From positions 876-64,875 of the forward strand of contig JBDNCJ010000005.1 in assembly GCA_046719715.1 (NCBI GenBank): DNA of 64,000 bases. The letters run 5' to 3'. Origin of the DNA: Chloroherpetonaceae bacterium. GTDB lineage: Bacteria > Bacteroidota > Chlorobiia > Chlorobiales > Thermochlorobacteraceae. The first letter of the stretch is position 1. Every line of letters starts with the position of its first letter. The position numbers were made by a program, and so were the translations under genes. The notes beneath the pieces are model-generated. The model did no database searches and was not told the DNA's origin. It saw nothing but the letters and a program-made list of their open reading frames with translations. Of the stretch, positions 1 to 11,353 are shown piece after piece.

Positions 1-347
1 TTTTTCCAATTTGACATCGCCCCTCTCCCTTTCTCGCGCTCCCAAGTAATGCGATTTCGAACGATGAGATATTTTTCCAAAACGAGTTGCAACGCGCCCG
101 ACATTCGCCAATCGCCACACACATAAACGCTCGCCGTCGGCTTCAACGTCTTCATCAATTTTGGTAACCACGATTCAAGGTATTGAATGTATTCAGACGT
201 GGTGCGCGCTTCGAAGACCGTGCCGTTGAACGATTTGGTCAGGTTATAGGGTGGGTCTAAAATCAAAAGCGATACAAACCTTTCTGGTAAGAAGTCCAAC
301 ACATCAAATAAATCATGGTGAAGAATTTGATTTTCAAGGTCGCTCAT
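1..347 (-). CDS. DNA methyltransferase (N4/N6, PF01555-like), N-terminal part only; gene runs off the window start
   Basis: Hand translation of the minus strand from the ATG at 347..345 gives MSDLENQILHHDLFDVLDFLPERFVSLLILDPPYNLTKSF...RITWEREKG. The DPPY catalytic motif lies close to the N-terminus (beta-class order). The gene is absent from the ORF track because it is open at the window edge. Confidence 0.7.
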   Translation of the reverse strand, partial: MSDLENQILHHDLFDVLDFLPERFVSLLILDPPYNLTKSFNGTVFEARTTSEYIQYLESWLPKLMKTLKPTASVYVCGDWRMSGALQLVLEKYLIVRNRITWEREKGRGAMSNWK

Positions 348-460
348 CGACACTGTTGCGCTTAATCTTCGAAGTGCCTTTGCATAATGGACGCGCTCGT
401 TTTCAGAGAGCGTGAGCGTGCGATTTCGTTCTGCACGATGAATTTGAGGCATATATGTCT

Positions 461-1558
461 TCAAGATGCGTTCTTTTCAAGCGAAGTTTGTTTCAGCGAT
501 TTGAGATTTTTTGCGCCCACTAAAAACATCGTTGCGCGAAGGTCGTTCATCAGGCGCAAGGCGAATTGCTTGACGGCATCTGCGCCTTCGGGTTCAAATG
601 CGGCTTTAAGAAAGGGCTTAGCAAGTGCGGCAAGGTCAGCACCAAGTGCAATCGCTTTGGCAATCTCGACGCCGTTTGTGATTCCGCCTGACGCAATCAC
701 TTGCATTGAACGATACGCCTTCGAGCGACGCAAGCGTTTGAGTTCTTCTAAACACACTGCTGTTGGAATGCCCCAGTTTAAGAGTTCTCGCAAACCGCCT
801 TCGGTGAATCGGGTGTCGCAATTAAATTGTTCAGCGAAACGAAGTTCTTCGACCTTCTGCCAATTTGTGCCGCCTGCGCCTGCAACATCAATTGCCTGCA
901 CGCCCCCGTCTATCAAGCGTTTAGCGACTTTTTCAGAAATACCATTGCCGACTTCCTTCGCAATCACCGGCACAGAAATCGAGCGACAGAGTTTCTTCAG
1001 TTGTCCTAAAAATCCTTTGAAGTTCGTATTGCCTTCGGGTTGGAAGAGTTCTTGTGCCGCATTGAGATGCACGATGAGCCCATCGGCACGCACAAGGTCG
1101 AGCAATAATTTTGTTTGCGCTTTCGTTAATCCTGCCGCAACTTCCGCCGCACCGATGTTGGCGAAGATGGGAATCGTTGGCGCAAGTCGACGCACCACCG
1201 AAAAACTTTCGCGATGCGCTTCCGACTCCAACGCTTGACGCATACTGCCAATGCCCAGCGGAATCTTCAACGCTTCGCATGCTTCGGCAAGCACCGCGTT
1301 AATTTGCGTCGCCCCGTTGTAGCCGCCCGTCATAGACGACACCATCAACGGATAACTAATCTTCTTTGACAGAAATGTTGTCGAGAGGTCAATTTCGTGA
1401 AAGTTCACTTCGGGCGTGGCATTGTGGCGAAATTCGTATTGCTCAAATCCGCTTCGCTTGTTGAAATCGACATCACCCTCGAGACACAGCTCGACATGGC
1501 GCTGTTTTCGCTCAATCGTTTGTATGGCTGGGTCGATGCTTGACATATCATCTTGCAT
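461..1558 (-). CDS. fni: type 2 (FMN-dependent) isopentenyl-diphosphate delta-isomerase
   Basis: 365-aa ORF with an ATG start. It contains MVSSMTGG, a glycine-rich FMN-binding TIM-barrel C-terminus (ASGGITNG) and an RKQRHVELC N-terminus, all typical of IDI-2. Confidence 0.85.
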   Translation of the reverse strand: MQDDMSSIDPAIQTIERKQRHVELCLEGDVDFNKRSGFEQYEFRHNATPEVNFHEIDLSTTFLSKKISYPLMVSSMTGGYNGATQINAVLAEACEALKIPLGIGSMRQALESEAHRESFSVVRRLAPTIPIFANIGAAEVAAGLTKAQTKLLLDLVRADGLIVHLNAAQELFQPEGNTNFKGFLGQLKKLCRSISVPVIAKEVGNGISEKVAKRLIDGGVQAIDVAGAGGTNWQKVEELRFAEQFNCDTRFTEGGLRELLNWGIPTAVCLEELKRLRRSKAYRSMQVIASGGITNGVEIAKAIALGADLAALAKPFLKAAFEPEGADAVKQFALRLMNDLRATMFLVGAKNLKSLKQTSLEKNAS

Positions 1559-2221
1559 TTACGTGGTGATGATTTCTTGAAGAGAAAGTTGTTTGAGAAT
1601 TTCGCTCGAGTGTTCAAGTTCTTCAATCCACTCGCGCGGAATGTTTTGAATACCGTTGAGCAGTGCGATTGCGCCACCTGTGATTGCGCCTGTTAAAGTG
1701 GTCACTCCGCCCATGTTGATGGTTGAAAGCACCGTCGTTTCAAAATCGTTGTGATTACGCAACAGCATGGCTAATGCAAAGTCCACCGCATCGTTTTCTG
1801 TCATGGCTTCATCGAAGTGTAACACCAAATCTGTCGGAAAAAGTAAGAGCGCATTAAGGATTTTCGCTTTTGAATCGCCAAAAACACTTGCATCAATCGT
1901 TTCGGCATTTAGTTCGCCTTGTTCGGCAATCGCCCGAAAAAGCAAGGAAAGACGGGCGTTTACAGACGTCGGGAAAAATATATTCGTCCATGCCTCAATT
2001 GTTTGTTCGCTTGGAAGTTGCAGAAGAAGCGGCAGAACGTCTTTAGAATTTTGCCCTTTGCGTAAGCCCGTCGGCGTGGCGGTTGAGTAGTATTCATCGG
2101 TATAGCCTTTAATGCCTTTGAAGTACATTCGAACAATGTGGTGGGGTTTGTGATTAACGGGTAAGCCGAGCGCATCGCCAATCAGCGTTCCGAGTATAAA
2201 GGCTTTTTCTCTTTGCGTCAT
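1559..2221 (-). CDS. ADP-ribosylglycohydrolase-family protein, short, with a degenerate metal-binding motif
   Basis: 220 aa. The N-terminal GTLIGDALGLP and C-terminal ...GGVTTLTGAITGGAIALLNGIQNIPREW match the ARH family layout. Its stop codon directly abuts the fni start codon. Confidence 0.6.
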   Translation of the reverse strand: MTQREKAFILGTLIGDALGLPVNHKPHHIVRMYFKGIKGYTDEYYSTATPTGLRKGQNSKDVLPLLLQLPSEQTIEAWTNIFFPTSVNARLSLLFRAIAEQGELNAETIDASVFGDSKAKILNALLLFPTDLVLHFDEAMTENDAVDFALAMLLRNHNDFETTVLSTINMGGVTTLTGAITGGAIALLNGIQNIPREWIEELEHSSEILKQLSLQEIITT

Positions 2222-2282
2222 TGTCTTTCTGTCATTGCTTAAATTTCAGTTCTTGAATTTGAAAAAACATAACACTTCGCCA

Positions 2283-4052
2283 ATGCCAAGTCCAAAAAAA
2301 TCATCGAGAATTTCTCCCGACCTTTTGACCGTCGCTGAAAAAAGCAACTACAACGCCACTTCTCGTTACGACGATGTCGCCACATTTCTTTACGAGTTGA
2401 AATCTCACAGTTCGCAACTGACGCTTCACACGTTTGGCAAAACGACCGAAGGGCGCAACTTGCTGATGGCAGTATTTTCTGACTTGCCGATTTACTCGCC
2501 GATTCAAGCCTTGAAATCTCAAAAGCCGATTGTGCTTTTGCAGAACAACATTCACGCCGGCGAAGTCTGTCCCAAAGAAGCCTCGATGATGCTGATGCGC
2601 GAACTCGTCTTTGGCAATTTGAACGCGCTCTTGAAAGACCTGATTATTCTTGTGATTCCAATTTACAATGCTGACGGCAACGAGCGCATGAGCGAAGCCA
2701 ATCGGCTTTCTCAAGTCGGTCCTGAAAAAGGCGTCGGCGTTCGCACTAACGCGCTGGGACTCGACCTCAATCGCGACTACATGAAAATCGAAGCCCAAGA
2801 AACCGAACACCTCATTCGCGACGTCTATGTGCAATGGTCGCCCGACGTGATTATCGACGGACACACCACCGACGGCTCACGACATGGCTACGACCTTACC
2901 TACGGCTTTCCGCAAAATCCAAATGCTTACAAAAAACTCATCGACTTCACGCGCGACACCATGCTCCCCGCTGTGCGCGAGCAAATCAAGAAAGATACTG
3001 GGATTGAGATGTTTTACTACGCCGACTTCGTCGACTTCCGCCACCCTGAAAAAGGCTGGGCAACTTACTCGCACCATGCCCGCTACGGCGCTTCCTACGG
3101 CGGCTTGCAAAATCGCATCGCTATTCTGATGGAAACTTACTCCTACGTCTCGTTCAAACGGCGTATCACTGCGGCGTATCACTTCATGCGTGAATGTTTG
3201 GAATTTACTGCCCGCAATGCTTCGAGCATCAAAGCCCTTGTGCGCGAAGCCGAACTCGACGCAATTAAGCGCGGCACCGTCTACGACCCGAAGAAAAACA
3301 TCATTGGAATTGACATCGAGAAAATCGCCTTTGAAAAACCTGTTACCGTTATCGGCTACGAAATCAAAGAGAAAAAAAATTCCGACGGCACTGTAACCTA
3401 CTTACCCACGAACAAGAAGAAACTTTACTCCGCACCCTACTTCGGAAAGTATCGCATCACACGAAGCGTGGCGCGTCCTGTTGCTTATCTAATCCCCAAA
3501 GCCGAGCATCGCATCATTAGAAAACTCAAACAGCACGGTGTCGCCGTTGAAACGCTCTTGCGCGAGTTCACGGCGAAGGTTGAATACTTCAAAGTCAACG
3601 ACGTCAAGGTTTCCGAGCAGTGTTTTCAAGGGCATCGCGAAGTAACCATTTCCGTCGAGCGCGTCCCGATTGAAAAAGAATTTCACACGGGTGATTTTAT
3701 TGTGCCCATGAGCCAACCCGCCTCGCACGTGGTTGCAGGATTGCTCGAGCCCGATAGCGACGACAGCCTCGCTCATTGGAATTACTTCGATAATTACCTC
3801 ACCGGCAAACTGCGTTACGAAAAAGACTTCATCACGGAGTATGAATACAACCTGATTGATTTGCCAAGAACGCGAGAGATTTATGAAAAACTGATTGAAA
3901 AAAATCCCGCCCTCAATGACGAGCAGAAGCAATCGGAGAAGATGAAGTTTTTCTTGACGGCGGTAGGCTACGAAAACGAATTCGTCAATCAAATTCCCGT
4001 CTTTCGCCTTGTGGAGCAAAAGGCTTATTCCGCAGTGGTGCACGGAGAGTAG
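2283..4052 (+). CDS. M14-family zinc carboxypeptidase-like protein
   Basis: The motifs NNIHAGEVCPKEA, IPIYNADGNE, NRDYMK and DGHTTDGS fit the M14 zinc-ligand/active-site layout. The track ORF starts at a TTG (2235); the first ATG is at 2283. Confidence 0.75.
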   Translation: MPSPKKSSRISPDLLTVAEKSNYNATSRYDDVATFLYELKSHSSQLTLHTFGKTTEGRNLLMAVFSDLPIYSPIQALKSQKPIVLLQNNIHAGEVCPKEASMMLMRELVFGNLNALLKDLIILVIPIYNADGNERMSEANRLSQVGPEKGVGVRTNALGLDLNRDYMKIEAQETEHLIRDVYVQWSPDVIIDGHTTDGSRHGYDLTYGFPQNPNAYKKLIDFTRDTMLPAVREQIKKDTGIEMFYYADFVDFRHPEKGWATYSHHARYGASYGGLQNRIAILMETYSYVSFKRRITAAYHFMRECLEFTARNASSIKALVREAELDAIKRGTVYDPKKNIIGIDIEKIAFEKPVTVIGYEIKEKKNSDGTVTYLPTNKKKLYSAPYFGKYRITRSVARPVAYLIPKAEHRIIRKLKQHGVAVETLLREFTAKVEYFKVNDVKVSEQCFQGHREVTISVERVPIEKEFHTGDFIVPMSQPASHVVAGLLEPDSDDSLAHWNYFDNYLTGKLRYEKDFITEYEYNLIDLPRTREIYEKLIEKNPALNDEQKQSEKMKFFLTAVGYENEFVNQIPVFRLVEQKAYSAVVHGE

Positions 4053-4261
4053 CCGTGCGGTGCGTCCAGACCGAGTAACGCATGAACGCCGCCGCCACGT
4101 CAATAGCGATGGATTTTTAGGCGAACGTACTCGGGATTTAACTCCTTGCCAAAGCGGATTTTGTTGCGCGTAATTTAGGAAGATTTCCTTTTTTCAATTC
4201 GGCTCATGCGCGCTATTTTCATTTCAAATCAAACCTTACACATCAAACGCGGTTCAGGCAA

Positions 4262-5161
4262 ATGGCAATCCAACTCAAAACACACGTCGCGCCGACCTCC
4301 TCGCTGTTGCGACTTCCCTTCAAATTCATCGCGCGCCTTTGTGAACGCTCATCTCAATGTCGTAACCTGCTCAGAAGCATACATTTCAAAGGAAAATCCG
4401 TCGCCGTTAATTTTATTGACCTGAACAGCTTTCCAGAGCAAACCCTGCTTGCCGACTGCGACGGCATCAGGTATGAACTTGAGTTGCAAGACGAGATTCA
4501 ACGAATGATTTACTTCAATTACTATGAACGGCAAAGTCTGAAAAGAGTCCTGACATTGATTCGCGAAGGGAGCACTTGCTTTGATGTTGGAGCGAATGTC
4601 GGTTTCTATGCGCTCAATTTTGCAAGAGCGGTTGGTCGCACAGGCAAAGTCTTTGCGTTTGAAGCCAACTCGTCTGTTGCCGAAAAGTTAAAGCGGAATA
4701 TCGCTCTCAATGCGTTTGAGCCCATTATTGAAGTGGCGGAGTGGGCGGTTTCGGACAAGGTCGGCGAGAGTGTGTTCTCAATGACTTCAGACCAAAACAG
4801 CGGCTGGGGTCATCTCGGTGAAGATTCAAGGTTCAAGCACACGATTGTCAAAACCAACACGATAGATAATTTCTTCGAGGAAAAGGGTTTGGAGCACATC
4901 GATTTGATGAAAGTCGATATCGAAGGCGCGGAAGACCAACTCATTGAGGGTGCCGTGCGCGTCTTATCCGAAAAGCGCATCAAGCACATTTACATGGAGT
5001 TCTGCAAGATGCATTGTGATGAAGTTAAACATCGGCTCAACCATCTCGGTCAATTTGGATATTTGCCCGACGACGGAGACCGTGCAACATTGCAAAAAAT
5101 GATGCGCGACGAGGTGTATTCAAGCGAACTTGTTCAGAACTTCCTGTTTCACGCGGCGTAG
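4262..5161 (+). CDS. FkbM-family methyltransferase
   Basis: CFDVGANVGFYALNFA (SAM-binding motif I), KVFAFEANS and IDLMKVDIEGAEDQL are FkbM hallmarks. A paralog lies at 41834..42736. Confidence 0.75.
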   Translation: MAIQLKTHVAPTSSLLRLPFKFIARLCERSSQCRNLLRSIHFKGKSVAVNFIDLNSFPEQTLLADCDGIRYELELQDEIQRMIYFNYYERQSLKRVLTLIREGSTCFDVGANVGFYALNFARAVGRTGKVFAFEANSSVAEKLKRNIALNAFEPIIEVAEWAVSDKVGESVFSMTSDQNSGWGHLGEDSRFKHTIVKTNTIDNFFEEKGLEHIDLMKVDIEGAEDQLIEGAVRVLSEKRIKHIYMEFCKMHCDEVKHRLNHLGQFGYLPDDGDRATLQKMMRDEVYSSELVQNFLFHAA

Positions 5162-5376
5162 GGTACGCTTGCGCCCATCACGAGCAGAAGCGTGATAATG
5201 AATAAATATGCTCGTTTCATCGTCGTCTCCGTTTATTTGTTTTGGTTTGTCAAAGCGGCTTTCAGCGCGTCCAATTCTTTTTTTTGCTGAATCATATACA
5301 GCGTCAGTTCTTCAATTTTTTGAAGCAGTTTGGCTTGGGTATCGCCTAAGCTCACGCCGTTTTCCTGCACCTCTTT

Positions 5377-7050
5377 TTACCGCACAATCTCGTTTAGCAT
5401 ACGCCCGTCGTAGCGATGTGGCTCTTTCAGACCAAGCAAGGCGTGCAGTGTCGGCGCAATGTCAATCACAGCGGATTTTTGAGAGAACTTTCCTCGCCTA
5501 ATGCCTTTTCCACAAAAGAGTATCGGCACGTGCGTGTCGTAGCGGTGATGCGTGCCGTGCGTTGTGCCCGTCTGGCGATACGAAAAAAAAGCGTTCTCTT
5601 TCAGCACGAGTTTTACATCGCCACTCCTTGCAGGGTGAAAGGAGTTCATCACCATAGTGCCGACGGGGTCAAATTCCAGCACTTCTTGCAAGTTCATCAA
5701 CTCTTGGCGCGTGTAGTAATCCACAATCCCACTGAGGTGCATGCCCATTAAGCCGACGAACTTTTCCACTTCCCCCAATTCATACTTCTTTTCAGCAATT
5801 TCTTTTTGATTGAGATAGACTTCGCTGTTTGTAAAGGCTTCAATCACATTTGGATAGAGCGTATCGACGGCGGCTTTGAGCGAATCGAGAAACGGCTTTT
5901 CGTAGAGCCGCAATCCGCCTGCGGTTTGTTCGGGAGTCGGCGCGACGCCATGGTCGGCGGTGAGGACAAAGAGGCAATTTTCAAAACCAATCTTTTTATC
6001 AATGAACTTGAAAAAGTCGTCGAGTTGGCGGTCGAGGCGAAGCATTAAATCTTGCGCTTCGTGGCTTTCGTAGCCGAAGATGTGTCCGCAATAATCGACA
6101 GTTGAGACGGATACGGTGAGCACGTCGGTTACGCCGCGCATGCCGAGCGATTCGCCCTCGATGGTTGCTTTGGCGAGTTCAAGCGTGAGTTCAGAGCCGA
6201 AAGGTGTGGCGGGAATTGGGTCATAGAGTTTATTACGCTTGAAGAGTGGATTATCGGCGGCGGTCCGAAGGTCAAAGACTTTGTGCGGAAAAATCGGTTC
6301 GCTTTCGCCGATGAGCGTGCCTTCGCCGAGCGCGTTATCGATGTTGGTGTAATTTTTTTCGGGAAGCAATCGAGTCCAACTTTTACCGAGATAGCTTTCA
6401 GGCAATTTTTGTGCGTTGAACCGATTGAGCCAATCGGGAAGCGCGGTTCGGTAGTAGGTCGAGGTAATCCAGTTGCCGGATTCGGTGTCGAACCAGTAGG
6501 CGGCGTCGGCGCGTTTGCCGGCGGGCAGAATCGCACCCCTATCTTTGAGCGCAATGCCGATGACTTTACTTTGTGGCGATTCTTTTTTGAGCGCGTCGCA
6601 CACGTTTTCAACGAGCGCGTTTCGCGGCGACATTTTCCCTGCATTTTTTTCAGACGAAATTCCAACGGCTTGAACCGTAGAATCCGACACGCAATACATC
6701 TCGCGTTTGAGTTCCCTCGAATACCAATCGTTGGCAATCATGCCGCTTCGCGAAGGATTCACGCCCGAAAGGAAGGTTTGATGCCCGACGGCGGTAAGTG
6801 TGTTTGAAAATGTGTAATGTGCTTCAGTCAAATTCGCGCCGTTCTTGATGAGGCGATTGAATCCGCCCGATGCTTTTGTTGCGGGCAAAAAGTGTTTTTC
6901 AAGCCGTGTGAGATAATCGTAACGCATTTGGTCGACGACAATGCCGACGACGAGTTTCGGCTTTTCGAGTTTCGGCGTTTGCTTTGATGATTTTGCTTGT
7001 GCAAACAGGAGCGCAGGAAACAAAAGAAGTGCAATCAAGACAAGTTTCAT
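5377..7050 (-). CDS. alkaline phosphatase / nucleotide pyrophosphatase superfamily protein, secreted
   Basis: VVDQMRYDY, GHQTFLSG, DYCGHIFG, TADHGV and GTHG are metal-ligand motifs of the AP superfamily. The signal peptide MKLVLIALLLFPALLFAQA starts at the internal ATG at 7050; the ORF extends to 7110. Confidence 0.7.
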   Translation of the reverse strand: MKLVLIALLLFPALLFAQAKSSKQTPKLEKPKLVVGIVVDQMRYDYLTRLEKHFLPATKASGGFNRLIKNGANLTEAHYTFSNTLTAVGHQTFLSGVNPSRSGMIANDWYSRELKREMYCVSDSTVQAVGISSEKNAGKMSPRNALVENVCDALKKESPQSKVIGIALKDRGAILPAGKRADAAYWFDTESGNWITSTYYRTALPDWLNRFNAQKLPESYLGKSWTRLLPEKNYTNIDNALGEGTLIGESEPIFPHKVFDLRTAADNPLFKRNKLYDPIPATPFGSELTLELAKATIEGESLGMRGVTDVLTVSVSTVDYCGHIFGYESHEAQDLMLRLDRQLDDFFKFIDKKIGFENCLFVLTADHGVAPTPEQTAGGLRLYEKPFLDSLKAAVDTLYPNVIEAFTNSEVYLNQKEIAEKKYELGEVEKFVGLMGMHLSGIVDYYTRQELMNLQEVLEFDPVGTMVMNSFHPARSGDVKLVLKENAFFSYRQTGTTHGTHHRYDTHVPILFCGKGIRRGKFSQKSAVIDIAPTLHALLGLKEPHRYDGRMLNEIVR

Positions 7051-7298
7051 GAACGAACTGACTTTGTTGGTTGGGAGCAAAAGTAAGATTTTGCTTGAGA
7101 ACCCGTGCATTACGATTTTGTTGCGTCCCTATTGAAAGCAGAACACCGATGGAACAGATTGTAAATGATTTGAAGATGAGGGATTTCAAAGTTCATCATT
7201 CCGAGCAACGCGAGGAATCCAATTGGACTCCTCACGCAACTCTGTTCAGACAAATCTTGTCCTTCTCAAAGTGACTTCTCTTTTCATTATCCACTTGC

Positions 7299-9302
<2,004 letters not shown>

Positions 9303-9339
9303 TCAAACCGCGTTTGAACTCAATGTGCCGCAAGAATTT

Positions 9340-9948
9340 TTAAGACTTCGTCGACGAGAGCTCGACGTCGCGATAGATTTCAGCAAGCCTTAATTCAAGC
9401 CCGTGCGTCGGCAGGTAGATGGTTTCTTCTGCTTTCGTGTAGGAGCGCGTGAGCCAGTCGCCTTCTTGGGTGCGCTTGAAGTGCATCACCAACCTTGACT
9501 CCGAATCGACCAGAAGCACATCGGTTAAGGTTTCAATTGCACGGTAGAATTTGAGTTTGGATAAGATTTCGCGGCTGGTATTGGATTTTGATAAGACTTC
9601 AAACACAACGCTCGGATTAAGCAAGGTTTTCGGCGTCGTATCTGCAAGTTCAGGCGTGCCGCAGACAAGCACGACATCGGGATAAAAATATCCCCATTCA
9701 TCTTCTTCCTTGCAATAATTTCCTACGCGCTGGTCGCTGGTAAGCACGCGACACTTTTTGTTCTTTCTGATGATTTCGTTTCTCAATTCACCGATGATAT
9801 TGGCGCAAATTGAATTGTGCGCAAGTTCCGCCCCCGCCATTGCAATAATTTCTCCTCCAAAAAATTCATGCTTGACGTCTTGCTCTGCCTTTTCCAAGGC
9901 GAAGTAATCCTCCTTCGTGAGTCGCCGTTCCAAAACTTTTAGTTCCAT
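9340..9948 (-). CDS. Uma2 (DUF820) family restriction-endonuclease-fold protein
   Basis: 202 aa. The layout EFFGGEIIAMAGA..H, then YPDVVLVCG, then NPSVVFEVLSKSN matches the Uma2 family. Confidence 0.8.
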   Translation of the reverse strand: MELKVLERRLTKEDYFALEKAEQDVKHEFFGGEIIAMAGAELAHNSICANIIGELRNEIIRKNKKCRVLTSDQRVGNYCKEEDEWGYFYPDVVLVCGTPELADTTPKTLLNPSVVFEVLSKSNTSREILSKLKFYRAIETLTDVLLVDSESRLVMHFKRTQEGDWLTRSYTKAEETIYLPTHGLELRLAEIYRDVELSSTKS

Positions 9949-9953
9949 AGCCT

Positions 9954-10247
9954 TTACTTGAAGATGATGTCTTTGACGAATTCTTTGCCGAGCCGCTTGT
10001 TCATTTCTTCAATGATGCCCGCCTTTTTGAACATCAGTTCGTTGCGCCATGCGGCGTTTTTGACTTTCACGTAGAGCAAGCCGCGCTCGATTTTCTCGAC
10101 TTGGGAGACTTTGGTAATGTAAGTGCCGGCGACTTCCGCCCACAGTTTCATCGTGCGAAATTCTTCCGTCGCGCTCTCGAAGTTGAGCTGTTTGTAAAGC
10201 GCATCAAAAACGGTGTGAAGTTTATCCGGCGGTCGTGTATAAGCCAT
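9954..10247 (-). CDS. DUF721 (DciA-like) protein
   Basis: About 97 aa, in the canonical position between recF and gyrB. WAEVAG....T.....E.G.LYVKV.NAAW..EL is typical of DUF721. The track start is a TTG (10256); the ATG is at 10247. Confidence 0.7.
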   Translation of the reverse strand: MAYTRPPDKLHTVFDALYKQLNFESATEEFRTMKLWAEVAGTYITKVSQVEKIERGLLYVKVKNAAWRNELMFKKAGIIEEMNKRLGKEFVKDIIFK

Positions 10248-10252
10248 TGCGT

Positions 10253-11350
10253 TCAACGGGAATGTTCGATTAAAATTTGTGTGATACCATCAAATTCTTT
10301 TTTCTCGGTGGTGGTAAGGACCGATTGCCCCATGGATTTAAGCAACTCGATAAGGTCGGCGGCGCGGCTTCGGTCGAGTTCGCTGAACACATCGTCCAAA
10401 AGAAAAATCGGTTTTTCGTTCAAGATACTTTGAATATAAAAATGTTGGGCAAGTTTAAGGCAGATGACGAAGGTTTTTTGCTGACCTTGTGAGGCAAATT
10501 TTTTTACAGACATGTCGTTGATGAAGAAACTCAAATCGTCGCGATGCGTGCCGAACAGGGTTACGCCACGTCGGATTTCTTCCTCTTCAAGTTGTGCTAA
10601 TTTCAGGCGTACTTCCGATAAAATTTCTTCCTTTGTTGCCTTGTCGCTAATCTTGACGTCGCTGTCGTAGTACAAGGTCGGTGTTTCATCAAACGAGTGA
10701 AAGAGCCGATAGGCTTTAAGAAGTTCTTCGGAAAATTCCTTAACGAATTTTAATCGTCGGAACATGATGGCGGCGACGAGCGCGGCGAAGCTTTCGGTCC
10801 AAACCGTGAGCAGTTCGGGGTTTGCCTTGTCGCGAGAGAGTTTCATTTCGCCGAGCAATCGATTTCGCTGACTGAGCAATCGTCGATACGCGAGCAAATC
10901 TTCTAAATACGCTTTATTGGTTTGTGAAATTGAGGAATCTAAAAAGCGTCGGCGTTCTTGCGGAGCACCTTGAACGAGCGCAATATCAAATGGCGAAAGC
11001 GAGACGCATGGAAACTCTCCAACAATTTTCGAGAACGACTCGAGCGGCGAACGATTGACGAAAACCGTCTTACCTTCTTCGTTGGAAAAATAAACCCTCA
11101 CAGATGCGTCGACGCCTCTATCGTTTTGCCAAACAGCATCAATCTCAAAGTGATTCGTGCCGAACTTTAAGCATTCCGAATCGGCGGCGTTGAGAAAACT
11201 TTTGGTGAGTGCGGCGTAGTGAATGGCTTCAAGAAAGTTCGTTTTGCCCGCGCCGTTTCGTCCATAAAAGATATTCACGCCGTCGCCGAGCGAGAACTTT
11301 GCATCAGCATGACGGCGGAAATTTTGAATATGAAGCGTGAGGAGTTTCAA
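10253..11350 (-). CDS. recF: DNA replication/repair protein RecF
   Basis: LTLHIQNFRRH, the Walker A motif GRNGAGKTNFLEAI, and the signature/Walker B region SQGQQKT...IFLLDDVFSELD. There is no in-frame ATG at the N-terminus, so an apparent TTG start is used. Confidence 0.9.
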   Translation of the reverse strand: MKLLTLHIQNFRRHADAKFSLGDGVNIFYGRNGAGKTNFLEAIHYAALTKSFLNAADSECLKFGTNHFEIDAVWQNDRGVDASVRVYFSNEEGKTVFVNRSPLESFSKIVGEFPCVSLSPFDIALVQGAPQERRRFLDSSISQTNKAYLEDLLAYRRLLSQRNRLLGEMKLSRDKANPELLTVWTESFAALVAAIMFRRLKFVKEFSEELLKAYRLFHSFDETPTLYYDSDVKISDKATKEEILSEVRLKLAQLEEEEIRRGVTLFGTHRDDLSFFINDMSVKKFASQGQQKTFVICLKLAQHFYIQSILNEKPIFLLDDVFSELDRSRAADLIELLKSMGQSVLTTTEKKEFDGITQILIEHSR

Positions 11351-11353
11351 GCG

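Noticed and set aside
387-1238. 283-aa plus-strand ORF
   Set aside because: It is entirely antisense to fni, is Ser/Ala/Arg-rich low-complexity sequence, and has no recognisable motif.
5208-5501. 97-aa plus-strand ORF between the FkbM and phosphatase genes
   Set aside because: It overlaps the 3' end of the phosphatase gene in antisense and the coiled-coil-like remnant. It has no motif, and the minus-strand reading is more protein-like.
7215-7245. Imperfect hairpin GAGGAATCC-aatt-GGACTCCTC downstream of gyrB
   Set aside because: It has one mismatch and no T-tract on the relevant strand, so I cannot support it as a terminator.
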